From the NCBI GenBank assembly GCA_003223295.1, contig QHYM01000103.1, positions 6,581 to 70,580 on the forward strand: 64,000 nt of DNA, written 5' to 3'. A program made the translations under genes and the position numbers. Positions 9,196 through 17,972 of the stretch are shown here, in pieces; within the stretch, counting starts at the first letter, position 1; each line of letters opens with the position of its first letter. The DNA comes from Acidobacteriota bacterium. GTDB lineage: Bacteria; Acidobacteriota; Terriglobia; Acidiferrales; UBA7541. The notes under the pieces were generated by a model. It had not been told where the DNA came from and did no database searches. It was given only the letters and a program-made list of their open reading frames with translations.

Positions 9196-9648
9196 CCTCC
9201 GTCGATCGCAAGAAATTGAAAGACATGTGGATGGCCGCGAATACGTGGACCTTTGCCTTGGCGATACGGGCGCAATGACCGGGCACTCTCCCGACGTGGT
9301 TACGGAAGCCGTTGCGCGCCGCGTTTGCGAAGGCATCACGTTGATGCTGCCCACGGAGGACGCGTTGCGGGTCGGCGAGGACCTGAAGCGGCGTTTCGGC
9401 CTGCCGTATTGGCAATTCACGCTAACGGCGACCGACGCGAATCGCTTCTCGATTCGAATCGCGCGGGAAATCATGCAGCGCTCGCTGATTTCGAACTGGA
9501 GCGCTTCCTTCACCTCTATGCTCTGAACCGCGGCGTCCTCCTCACGCCGTTCCACAATATGGCCCTCATGTGCCCGGATACGACCGAGGCTGATATCGAC
9601 CTTCACACCAAGATTTTCGCCGAAGCTGCCCACCAACTGACCGCTTGA
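9194..9648 (+). pseudogene. class-III aminotransferase remnant (N-terminus missing, PLP core deleted, frameshifted)
   Basis: Frame 2 reads VDGREYVDLCLGDTGAMTGHSPDVV...WQFTLTATDANRFSIRIAREI, the N-terminal third of GSA-aminomutase-like enzymes. Near 9475-9485 it jumps to another frame reading FELERFLHLYALNRGVLLTPFHNMALMCPDTTEADIDLHTKIF, the extreme C-terminus. About 270 aa, including the PLP-lysine region, is absent. Confidence 0.7.
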
Positions 9649-9708
9649 AGATTAGTTGACACTCCTTGTGTAGAATGGTGGGCGTAAATTTGTGGAGGTG
9701 AAGAGTTC

Positions 9709-10095
9709 ATGCCCTCGGACTATTTGCTCAAGACCGAACCTTCCGAGTATTCTTTTGCCGATTTGCAGCGCGACAAGGTCACGCAGTGGGATGGCGTCCA
9801 CAATCCCGTCGCTCTAAGAAACCTTGGTGCGATGACACCGGGCGCCCGGCTCATCATTTATGAGACTGGCGACCAAAAGACCGCTGTCGGCACTGCAACT
9901 GTAGTTTCCGTGGACGCTTCCAACCCCAAAGGTCCCGTGGTTACGATCAAGGCGGGAAAGCCCATCGCGAAACCAGTGTCCCTAGCGCAAATCAAGTCCA
10001 ACAAGCTCTTCGCGGATTCGCCGCTGGTCCGGCAAGGCCGCCTCTCAGTCGTTCCTCTAACTGCGGCCCAATACAAAGCGCTGACCGGCGACTGA
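9709..10095 (+). CDS. EVE (PUA-like) domain protein
   Basis: 128 aa. YLLKTEPSEYSFADLQRDKVTQWDGVHNPVALRNL matches the EVE/DUF55 N-terminal signature. GAGGTG SD upstream. Confidence 0.8.
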   Translation: MPSDYLLKTEPSEYSFADLQRDKVTQWDGVHNPVALRNLGAMTPGARLIIYETGDQKTAVGTATVVSVDASNPKGPVVTIKAGKPIAKPVSLAQIKSNKLFADSPLVRQGRLSVVPLTAAQYKALTGD

Positions 10096-10144
10096 CGACG
10101 GAAACCCGCGTATGATGCGGGGCAGTCCAAGGAGACCGATTTCG

Positions 10145-11209
10145 ATGAAGCGCTCCCTCATTCTCTCTGCACTCTTGCTTGCCGCGCCCGTTCTTGCTCA
10201 ACAGCCGCCCGAAATCCGTTTTCACTCTGCGCCGGATTTTCTCCAGCTTCCGCCGGATCTTTATCTTGGCGAAGCCACGGGCGTCGCGGTCAATTCGAAG
10301 GGTCACATTTTTGTTTTTTCACGCGGCAGCACCACGGGGCCTGCCTACGGCGCAGCTGCGGCCCAACTTTTGGAGTTTGCTCCTGATGGAAAATTTCTGC
10401 GCGAGATTGGCCACCATCTTTACGCCTGGTCGTTCGCGCACACCGTGAAAGTCGACCAAGACGACAACATCTGGGTCACCGACAAGGGTTCGGACATGGT
10501 GATCAAATTCAATCCGGAAGGCCGCGTTGTGCTTGTGTTCGGCCGCAAGCAAGAGGCTTCCGACGAAGGCACCGAGCCGCTGAAGCACGTGAAACCGCCG
10601 CTGCCACCCGTGGATGGCATGTTTCGCCAAGTAACCGACGTTGCCTGGGACGCTGCCGGGAACACCTACATCAGCGACGGTTACATCAATTCGCGCATCG
10701 CCAAGGTGGATAAAGATGGCAACTGGCTGAGGTCCTGGGGCGAACCAGGAAGTCAGCCCGGGCAATTTAGCACGCCACACAGCATTGCCGTGGACGCACA
10801 TGACAATATCTACGTGGCCGACCGCGGCAACCGCCGCATCCAGGTTTTCGATACTGGTGGAAAATTTCTCCGCCAGTTCACCCTTGACGTTCCCGCTCCA
10901 GCGGATGCCCGCCCCGCCATCGGCAATAGACCCACCGTCACCACGGGCACGATGTCGCCTGGTGCGCCCTGGGCCATTTGCATCACCCCTGGGCCGCATC
11001 AGGTTCTTTACGCGTCGGATGCTTTTCCCGGCCGCATCTACAAGCTCACTCTCGATGGCAAAGTCCTCGGAGTTCTTGGCAAGGCGGGCAAGCAGCTTGG
11101 CCAATTTGGCTGGATCCACGAGATCGCCTGCCCCAGTGAGAATGAGCTTTTCGTCGCGGAACTTCTCAATTGGCGCGTCCAGAAGCTAAGCCTCGAACCG
11201 AGTCACTAG
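10145..11209 (+). CDS. NHL-repeat six-bladed beta-propeller protein (peptidyl-alpha-hydroxyglycine amidating lyase-like), exported
   Basis: Signal peptide MKRSLILSALLLAAPVLAQ. Repeated blades such as NIWVTDKGSDMVIKFNPEG, NTYISDGYINSRIAKVDKDG, NIYVADRGNRRIQVFD and ELFVAELLNWRVQKL. Confidence 0.8.
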   Translation: MKRSLILSALLLAAPVLAQQPPEIRFHSAPDFLQLPPDLYLGEATGVAVNSKGHIFVFSRGSTTGPAYGAAAAQLLEFAPDGKFLREIGHHLYAWSFAHTVKVDQDDNIWVTDKGSDMVIKFNPEGRVVLVFGRKQEASDEGTEPLKHVKPPLPPVDGMFRQVTDVAWDAAGNTYISDGYINSRIAKVDKDGNWLRSWGEPGSQPGQFSTPHSIAVDAHDNIYVADRGNRRIQVFDTGGKFLRQFTLDVPAPADARPAIGNRPTVTTGTMSPGAPWAICITPGPHQVLYASDAFPGRIYKLTLDGKVLGVLGKAGKQLGQFGWIHEIACPSENELFVAELLNWRVQKLSLEPSH

Positions 11210-11324
11210 CAGAATCGCGTTCTACAACGACGCCTTGCTCCCTCACGTTCGTGCTCAGCGCTACAACTGTGATAATCTTTTTTCCCGCGCTTGAATTCTC
11301 GGCGCCCCATAGCCCAAAACGTTC

Positions 11325-12938
11325 ATGTCAAACTCTCTTCTCCCGATTCAAGCGGTAGCGCGCAAACTCGACCTTCCTGATCAATATTTCGAGCAAATTG
11401 GCTCGGACAGAGGCAAGGTCCGGCTGGAACTTCTTTCCGATCCCGCTTTCAAGCGTCGCGGCAAGCTGATTATCGTCACCGCGACCACCCCCACTGCCGC
11501 TGGAGAAGGCAAGACCGTCACCGCCATCAGCCTCACGCAAGGTCTTGCACACATTGGCAAAGAGGTCGTCATTACCTCCCGTGAGCCGTCGCTAGGCCCG
11601 GTGTTCGGGATGAAAGGCGGCGCGGCAGGCGGTGGACTTTCGCAAATCGAGCCCAGCTCGAAGATCAATCTTCATTTCAATGGCGACTTTCACGCCATTG
11701 CCTCGGCCCACAATTTGCTCGCTGCGCTGGTGGACGCGCACCTATTTCACGGCAACGAGCTGCATCTCGATCCCGGACAGATTACCTGGCCGCGCACGAT
11801 TGACATGAACGATCGCGCGCTACGCCATATCACTCTTTCGCTCGACACCAAAAAAGAGGGTGGCGGACGCCAGTCCGGCTTCATCATCACGGCAGCCTCA
11901 GAAATCATGGCGATCATCGCGCTTGCGAATGACCGCAAGGATCTTCGCAAGCGGCTGGAGGCCATGGTCGTCGGCGTCACTCGGGACGGGAAGCCCGTTT
12001 GCGCGAAAGATCTGTCCGCCCCCGGCAGCATGATGGCTTTGCTGAATGAAGCGATTCTTCCAAATCTCGTGCAAACCACCGACGGCACCCCTGCATTTGT
12101 TCACGCGGGGCCTTTCGGGAACATCGCGCATGGCACGAGCAGCGTCATCTCGCAGGAGATGGGATTGCGCCTCGCGGACTATGTGGTGAACGAATGCGGG
12201 TTCGCTTCCGACCTTGGCGCGGAAAAATACTTCGACATTGTCATGCAACAATCGGGCATCGTGCCCGCGGCCGCGGTCCTCGTCACCACCGTGCGGAGCA
12301 TGCGCAACCAGGGTGAGGGCGACTTCGAGAGCGGACTGCCGAATCTTGGCAAGCATATTGCGATCCTCAAGAGTTTTGGCGTTCCGATCGTCGCCGCGAT
12401 TAATCGCTTTCCGGACGATGCGAATTCAGATTTGGAGCAGTTGGCGGCGTATTGCGCTGAGCGCGGCGTCCCCAGCGTGCTCTCGGAAGGCTTCGCGATG
12501 GGAGGTCCCGGTGCCAGGGCGCTGGCGGAAAAGGTGGTCGAAACCATCGAGAGGAATCCGTCGCCCGGTGTCCATGCGCTGTATTCGTTCGACGAGCCTC
12601 TGACGGATAAGATCAGAAAAGTGGCGCAAAGAATCTACGGCGCGTGCGACGTGAATTTCTCGGACCAAGCGAAGGCGAAGCTGAAGCAGTTCGCGGATTG
12701 GGGTTATGGAAGATTGCCGGTTTGCCTGGCGAAGACGCAGTATTCACTTTCGGACGATCCCAAGCGTCTCGGCGCGCCTACGGGTTGGACTCTTAATGTG
12801 ACGAACGCCTCGCTCTCGGCGGGCGCTGGCTTTGTCGTCGTGATTTCCGGCAACATGATGCTCATGCCGGGCCTGTCGAGAGTCTCGCGCGCCGCCTCGA
12901 TCGACGTGGACGACTCGGGGAAGATCGTCGGCATCTGA
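11325..12938 (+). CDS. fhs: formate--tetrahydrofolate ligase
   Basis: 537 aa. TPTAAGEGKTVTAISLTQGL, the P-loop-like FTHFS signature, with full-length colinearity to Fhs. Confidence 0.95.
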   Translation: MSNSLLPIQAVARKLDLPDQYFEQIGSDRGKVRLELLSDPAFKRRGKLIIVTATTPTAAGEGKTVTAISLTQGLAHIGKEVVITSREPSLGPVFGMKGGAAGGGLSQIEPSSKINLHFNGDFHAIASAHNLLAALVDAHLFHGNELHLDPGQITWPRTIDMNDRALRHITLSLDTKKEGGGRQSGFIITAASEIMAIIALANDRKDLRKRLEAMVVGVTRDGKPVCAKDLSAPGSMMALLNEAILPNLVQTTDGTPAFVHAGPFGNIAHGTSSVISQEMGLRLADYVVNECGFASDLGAEKYFDIVMQQSGIVPAAAVLVTTVRSMRNQGEGDFESGLPNLGKHIAILKSFGVPIVAAINRFPDDANSDLEQLAAYCAERGVPSVLSEGFAMGGPGARALAEKVVETIERNPSPGVHALYSFDEPLTDKIRKVAQRIYGACDVNFSDQAKAKLKQFADWGYGRLPVCLAKTQYSLSDDPKRLGAPTGWTLNVTNASLSAGAGFVVVISGNMMLMPGLSRVSRAASIDVDDSGKIVGI

Positions 12939-12968
12939 GGATGCTCCGCTGACAGATGGAGAAGTAGG

Positions 12969-13715
12969 ATGACGGCTGCATGGCCAAGCCCGAGTGGAGC
13001 CGATAGCGTAGGAACGAGATTCATCGAGCCGCTGATGGTTCGCATTCCGGGACAGTGGTTTTGCATGGGATGCGAGACTGGGCGGGATGACGAGAAGCCT
13101 GTGCATCGCGTGTGGGTCGATTCGTTCGAATTGGCTGCATGCCAAGTGACCAACGCCGAGTATCAATACTTTCTTGCCGCGACTAACACCGCCGGGCCCT
13201 CTTGTTGGGCCGACCCAAATTTCAATCATCCGAAAATGCCGGTGGTCGCCGTGTCTTGGCATGAGGCCGTGGCCTACTGCGATTGGTTGAGCAAGGCGAG
13301 CGGCAAACATTATCGCTTGACGACGGAAGCCGAATGGGAATGCGCGGCGCGAAGCGGAGCGGAGGGATCGGCGTATCCCTGGGGAAATTCGCCGCCCGAA
13401 TCGCTTCCCGATTATGCGAACCGCTGGAAGAGTGGGCCTGAGCCGATCGGACTGTATGCGCCGAACGCTTACGGTCTTTACAACCTGGGCGACAATGTGC
13501 ACGAATGGTGCGCCGATTGGTATGACGCGAGCTACTACGGGTCTTCTCCGGAGCGAAATCCGCAAGGCCCGGCTGGCGGAACCCGGCGCGCTTCCCGGGG
13601 CGGCTCGTGGCGGCACCACATCAAGGTGAGCCGGAACGCGGCGCGCTCCAGCATTCCACCGGAGTTCCAATACGCTGACTACGGATTCCGCATCGCGCGT
13701 TCCCCGGCCCCATGA
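12969..13715 (+). CDS. formylglycine-generating enzyme (SUMF1/FGE-sulfatase) family protein
   Basis: HRVWVDSFELAACQVTNAEYQYFL ... VSWHEAVAYCDWL ... RLTTEAEWECAAR ... RGGSWRHH ... GFRIARS. Confidence 0.85.
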   Translation: MTAAWPSPSGADSVGTRFIEPLMVRIPGQWFCMGCETGRDDEKPVHRVWVDSFELAACQVTNAEYQYFLAATNTAGPSCWADPNFNHPKMPVVAVSWHEAVAYCDWLSKASGKHYRLTTEAEWECAARSGAEGSAYPWGNSPPESLPDYANRWKSGPEPIGLYAPNAYGLYNLGDNVHEWCADWYDASYYGSSPERNPQGPAGGTRRASRGGSWRHHIKVSRNAARSSIPPEFQYADYGFRIARSPAP

Positions 13716-13783
13716 GACAGCGAACGTAACTCGCGCTCGAAGGAGCTTATGTTAGAGAACCGCAGACGGCTAGACAGACCCTG

Positions 13784-14146
13784 TTGCTCATGCTGTTGCC
13801 GATGCTGGCCACCTTTGCGGGATTGAGACTGTACCTCCATCTGGTTCACGTGCAACATATCTATCCGGGTGGATACCTTGTTCATCATCTCTTCATTGGA
13901 ATCCTCATTTTAGTTCCCGGAGCGTTCTTGCTGGCCTTTGCACCATGCCGGCGGCCTCTGCAAGCCGTTGCCACGGCCGCCGTAGGAATTGGAAGTGCCA
14001 TGATTCTGGATGAGTTCACATATATGATCGCAACGAAGGCGACCGACCAGGATTATGTTTCGCGCGTTTCCTTAGTCGGTGCAATTGTGTGCATTTCCTT
14101 GGCGGTGATCCTGCTGCTGATTCTCTACGCGCTCCATCGTGAATGA
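13784..14146 (+). CDS. small integral membrane protein, unknown function
   Basis: 120 aa with 3-4 hydrophobic helices. TTG start at 13784 or ATG at 13790. No family recognised. Confidence 0.5.
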   Translation: MLMLLPMLATFAGLRLYLHLVHVQHIYPGGYLVHHLFIGILILVPGAFLLAFAPCRRPLQAVATAAVGIGSAMILDEFTYMIATKATDQDYVSRVSLVGAIVCISLAVILLLILYALHRE

Positions 14147-14301
14147 GGACCACTCCAGAAGATTCCCATTTTCCGGTGTGTTGTTTGCGCACCCCAGTAC
14201 CTTCGTACCATAGCGAGCCGGCTGGGTGGGCTGAAATCATAGTATGCTTATGCTGACCGCCCTGCTTTTGGGCGGCCGCCCACGGCCCGGATACTCCATT
14301 C

Positions 14302-16062
14302 GTGGGGATGGCGCTCGCCTGCCCTGGCGCACAAAGGATAACGGACTTGTCTTCCGCAGAGGACAGAACCTCTTCGACAGTCTTGCCTTCGCAGGCGTCC
14401 TCGAATTCTGCCCCCGAAGAGTTCGCAGTCGATCCACATCAAGAAAACAGGAATGAGCATTGTTCTTCTGCGCCTGTGCCCGAAGAGTCGAAACAAGTCG
14501 GCCTAAACGCGAACGACTCGCCTGCGCAGGCCCCCGAGGAAACGACAGAACACGCAGCCACACCTCTCAAAACCAAACCCCTCCCCAAAGTCAACGCTGT
14601 AGCCCGTGAAGTACCGGTAAAAATCACGGGCGCGCGTGTTATTGCCGGAGAACGCGATCTTTTTGCCGAATCAACCACGACTGTGCTGGTATTTGAGAAG
14701 GGAGGAGTGATCCGGCTGACGGCTGCGGTAACGCCCGGGCAACTCCTTTTCCTGACCAACGAGGAATCCAAACGCGAAGTGGTCACGCAAGTAACGAGAA
14801 AGCGCGATCATCGGCCGACCGAGTGCTATGTGGAACTGGAATTTACCGAGCCGGCGCCAGGATTTTGGGGAATGGAATTCTCGGCGGCGACGGCATTGCT
14901 GCCTAAAGACGCGAAAGTAATTGCTGCCGCCGAGATGATCGCATCCGCCGAGACTACGGACGATGAGCTTGATGAAGCAGCCCCCCGCCCGAGCGCCGAA
15001 GAAGTGGAAGCGCTAAGAAGGGAAATTGACGCGCTGCGAAGTCAATTGACCCAACTCCAAACGCCGGCGGAGCCTGGGCAGACTGAACCGGCCACAATTC
15101 CAAACGCTCCAGCCCTGTCGCCGGTGGCTACAAGCGCGCCCCAGACCGAGACGCCTAGCTATCAAACCGAAAAGGTCGCTTGGGCTGAACTTACGGCCGA
15201 TGCATTTCCTGTCGAAGGCGAGACAAAGCCTAACCGAGTAGCTCCAGCAGATTTGGCCTCGGTGCCGAGACCGGCGTCGGATTTCCACGTCCCGGTGCCA
15301 AAGCGCAAGCGGTCTTTCCGGGCACGTGGGCAATTCACACCAGGTTTTCGAGCGGGAATGCTGCGGTTGGTCCTGCTAAGCAGCATCCTGGCCGCATTGA
15401 TCGGCACCGCATGGTACAAAGGCTGGCTCCCTTGGATCCACGAACCTAAGAAGATTTCAGTTTCTTCCTGGTCCGGCGGGGTCACAACTCCCGTATCGAC
15501 GCCTAGTGCGTCCTTGCCGAACCCGGTGGCCGGTGAAACAACAAAAGCAAACTCCGGAAATGACCTGCCCGTTTCCGGGAACGGAAAATCACCCGGCGCA
15601 GAGCATTCGAGCGAAGCTCCATTAGAAGGAGTTACCGGGAATGAGCATCCCATTGGTTCCTCCCGTCCCTATGCCATCGAGAAGCCAGTGGCCAGAGGAA
15701 AGAATACGCCGCCAACCTCGATAGGGAAGTCCTCACCCGTTCATTCATTACCGACGAAAGGGGGCAATTCCGTTCCCACTTCGGTTTCGAACGGCGTCCT
15801 CGTGCCACCGAAGCTCATTAGATCGGAGCGGGCCGTTGCCAGGCTGGACGATTTGCGGGACTTTGAAACCGGAAGTGTGGTGGTCGACGCGATTATAGAC
15901 ACCGCGGGAAACGTAACATCCATGAGAGTGCTGTCAGGGCCTCCTTCCTTGCGGTGGCCAGCCTTGCAAGCGCTGAAGAATTACAAATACGAGCCCGCAA
16001 TGCAGAATGGCCAGCCCGTCCCCGCCCACGTCACCGTCAAAATCCAGTTCCACTTTGAGTGA
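14302..16062 (+). CDS. TonB C-terminal domain protein with N-terminal beta-rich (PilZ-like?) domain and single TM
   Basis: The C-terminus GSVVVDAIIDTAGNVTSMRVLSGPPSLRWPALQALKNYKYEPAMQNGQPVPAHVTVKIQFHF is a TonB_C fold signature. There is a central TM (LRLVLLSSILAALIGTAWY) and a long S/P/T-rich linker. The start codon is uncertain. Confidence 0.7.
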   Translation: MGMALACPGAQRITDLSSAEDRTSSTVLPSQASSNSAPEEFAVDPHQENRNEHCSSAPVPEESKQVGLNANDSPAQAPEETTEHAATPLKTKPLPKVNAVAREVPVKITGARVIAGERDLFAESTTTVLVFEKGGVIRLTAAVTPGQLLFLTNEESKREVVTQVTRKRDHRPTECYVELEFTEPAPGFWGMEFSAATALLPKDAKVIAAAEMIASAETTDDELDEAAPRPSAEEVEALRREIDALRSQLTQLQTPAEPGQTEPATIPNAPALSPVATSAPQTETPSYQTEKVAWAELTADAFPVEGETKPNRVAPADLASVPRPASDFHVPVPKRKRSFRARGQFTPGFRAGMLRLVLLSSILAALIGTAWYKGWLPWIHEPKKISVSSWSGGVTTPVSTPSASLPNPVAGETTKANSGNDLPVSGNGKSPGAEHSSEAPLEGVTGNEHPIGSSRPYAIEKPVARGKNTPPTSIGKSSPVHSLPTKGGNSVPTSVSNGVLVPPKLIRSERAVARLDDLRDFETGSVVVDAIIDTAGNVTSMRVLSGPPSLRWPALQALKNYKYEPAMQNGQPVPAHVTVKIQFHFE

Positions 16063-16116
16063 TAGCACCGTCTTCGTCTGCCAACTGCTCCAAAAAACGT
16101 GAACGAGGCCCCCTGC

Positions 16117-16146
16117 TTGTGAGGGAGTTTGCAAGCGCAGTACAAT
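16117..16146 (+). promoter_or_regulatory. sigma70-like promoter candidate for pruA
   Basis: TTGTGA (16117-16122), 18-nt spacer, TACAAT (16141-16146). It is followed by GAGGAGG (16163-16169) and GTG at 16178. Confidence 0.45.
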
Positions 16147-16177
16147 GGTTTGCTTGCCGATTGAGGAGGGATTTGCC

Positions 16178-17752
16178 GTGGCCACTGCCGAACAGAAACT
16201 GCACATGACAGAGTTCACCAACGAACCGTTTATTGATTTCTCTAAACCGGAAAACCGCCAGCGCATGGAAGAAGCGCTGAAGAAGGTGAAATCCGAATTT
16301 GGCCGCGAATATCCGGTGTGGCTGGGCGGGCAAAAAGTGAGCACACCGGACAAGCGCAACTCGACAAATCCATCGCGGCCTTCGGAGGTGATTGGCGTCT
16401 TCCAGAACGCCACTGCCGACATGGCCAAGCAGGCGGTGGATGCAGCCCACAAGTATTTTGATACCTGGAAAAAGGTGCCGCCGCAGGAGCGCGTGAAGTG
16501 CATTTTCCGCGCCGCGCAGATCGTGCGCGAACGAAAATTTGAATTGAACGCGCTGGTTTGCTACGAAGTCGGGAAAACGTGGGTGGAAGCGGATGCGGAC
16601 ATCGCGGAAACGATTGATTTTTGCGAATTTTACGGGCGCGAGATGCTGCGGCTGGCTGAGCCACAGAAACTCACCCCTATGCGCGGCGAGCGCAACTACC
16701 TTGTGTACATTCCTCTAGGTGTCGGGGTGGTGGTTCCGCCGTGGAATTTTCCCTGCGCGATCATGGCTGGCCTTGTCGCTGCATCACTGGTGACCGGAAA
16801 CACCGTGGTCCTGAAGCCAGCGAGCGATTCGCCTACAATCGCCGCAAAGTTCATTGACATAGTTTACGAGGCAGGCATACCAAAGGAAGCGGTGAATTTC
16901 ATTACCGGGCCGGGCGGAGCCGTTGGCGACACTTTGGTGACTCATCCGAAGACGCGCTACGTTGGATTTACGGGTTCGAAGGAAGTTGGACTGCGCATCA
17001 GCGAATTGGCCGCAAAACCCTCACCGGGACAAATCTGGATTAAGCGCACCGTGTTGGAGATGGGCGGCAAGGATGCGATTGTCGTGGATGAGGAAGCGGA
17101 TATTGACGCGGCCGTAGAAGGAACGGCGCAGGCAGCGTTTGGCTATCAAGGCCAAAAGTGCTCAGCGTGCTCCCGGGCGATCGTGACGGAGAAAGTTTAT
17201 GACACCTTCCTGCAGAAACTTGTAGATCGGACCAAAAAGATCACCGTGGGACCGAGCGATGATCCCGGCAATTACATGGGGCCGGTGATCAATCAGTCGG
17301 CGCTGAAGACGATTTTAGATTACATCGAAGTAGGCAAGAAGGAAGGGCGCTTGCTCACGGGCGGAAAGCGCGCGGCAGGCGATGGCTATTTCATCGAGCC
17401 AACGATTATTGCGGACGTGCCTCCAAAAGCGCGGCTGGCCCAGGAAGAAGTTTTTGGTCCGGTGCTGGCGGTGATCAAGGCGAAGAATTATGACCAGGCG
17501 CTGGAAATCGCCAACGATACGGAGTTTGGCTTGACCGGCGCGGTGTATTCGAAGAATCCGGAGAAGATTCGGAAAGCCGAAGAAATGTTCCACGTCGGGA
17601 ATCTGTATTTAAACCGCAAGTGCACCGGCGCGATGGTTGGCGCGCATCCCTTTGGCGGCTTCAACATGTCTGGAACGGATTCCAAGACGGGCGGAAAAGA
17701 TTATCTTCTGCTGTTCCTGCAGGCCAAGTCCGTCGCGGAAAAAGTCAACTGA
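16178..17752 (+). CDS. pruA: L-glutamate gamma-semialdehyde (1-pyrroline-5-carboxylate) dehydrogenase
   Basis: TEFTNEPFIDFSKPENR N-terminus, an ALDH core with EMGGKDAIVVD and a catalytic-Cys region QGQKCSACSR. GTG at 16178 sits 8 nt after a strong SD. The ORF-track ATG at 16145 lies inside the putative -10 box. Confidence 0.9.
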   Translation: MATAEQKLHMTEFTNEPFIDFSKPENRQRMEEALKKVKSEFGREYPVWLGGQKVSTPDKRNSTNPSRPSEVIGVFQNATADMAKQAVDAAHKYFDTWKKVPPQERVKCIFRAAQIVRERKFELNALVCYEVGKTWVEADADIAETIDFCEFYGREMLRLAEPQKLTPMRGERNYLVYIPLGVGVVVPPWNFPCAIMAGLVAASLVTGNTVVLKPASDSPTIAAKFIDIVYEAGIPKEAVNFITGPGGAVGDTLVTHPKTRYVGFTGSKEVGLRISELAAKPSPGQIWIKRTVLEMGGKDAIVVDEEADIDAAVEGTAQAAFGYQGQKCSACSRAIVTEKVYDTFLQKLVDRTKKITVGPSDDPGNYMGPVINQSALKTILDYIEVGKKEGRLLTGGKRAAGDGYFIEPTIIADVPPKARLAQEEVFGPVLAVIKAKNYDQALEIANDTEFGLTGAVYSKNPEKIRKAEEMFHVGNLYLNRKCTGAMVGAHPFGGFNMSGTDSKTGGKDYLLLFLQAKSVAEKVN

Positions 17753-17755
17753 CCA

Positions 17756-17763
17756 AACAAGCC
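17756..17763. repeat. target-site duplication, left copy (AACAAGCC)
   Basis: Identical 8-mer immediately outside both terminal IRs. Confidence 0.8.
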
Positions 17764-17779
17764 GGTAGTGGTACAGTTT
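17764..17779. repeat. terminal inverted repeat, left (GGTAGTGGTACAGTTT)
   Basis: Exact reverse complement of 20259-20274. The tip GGTAGTG fits the IS1-family GGnnnTG end pattern. Confidence 0.85.
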
Positions 17780-17828
17780 GAGTTTCGATCCCATTGAAGT
17801 GATCCGCCGACCGTGCAATCATTGGTTC

Positions 17829-17972
17829 ATGGCAAAGAGCAAAACCGAAGATATAAACGAAGCAGCATTCCGCGTGGTCAGAGAGTCCACTTTAGAGCCT
17901 TCGAGCATGCCAAAGAAAAAGCCTACTAGGAGCCGCAAGAGAAAGGCCAAACGAATTACGAAATCAAGGTAA
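17829..17972 (+). CDS. small basic protein (47 aa), unknown function, transposon cargo
   Basis: MAKSKTEDINEAAFRVVRESTLEPSSMPKKKPTRSRKRKAKRITKSR with a Lys/Arg-rich tail. Its 3' end overlaps the Fic 3' end by 17 nt (convergent). Coding status is unproven. Confidence 0.3.
   Translation: MAKSKTEDINEAAFRVVRESTLEPSSMPKKKPTRSRKRKAKRITKSR

Noticed and set aside
13749-13826. A 25-codon Cys-rich ORF (MLENRRRLDRPCCSCCCRCWPPLRD) with AAGGAG 3 nt upstream.
   Set aside because: It overlaps the start of the membrane-protein ORF out of frame. The Cys codons are the alternative reading of a Leu-rich CTG/TTG tract, the SD spacing is too short, and there is no supporting evidence.
17778-17972. The small ORF next to Fic as a VbhA-type Fic antitoxin.
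   Set aside because: It is convergent with Fic rather than upstream and co-directional. It lacks the [ST]xxxE[GN] inhibitory motif, which the Fic protein carries itself.
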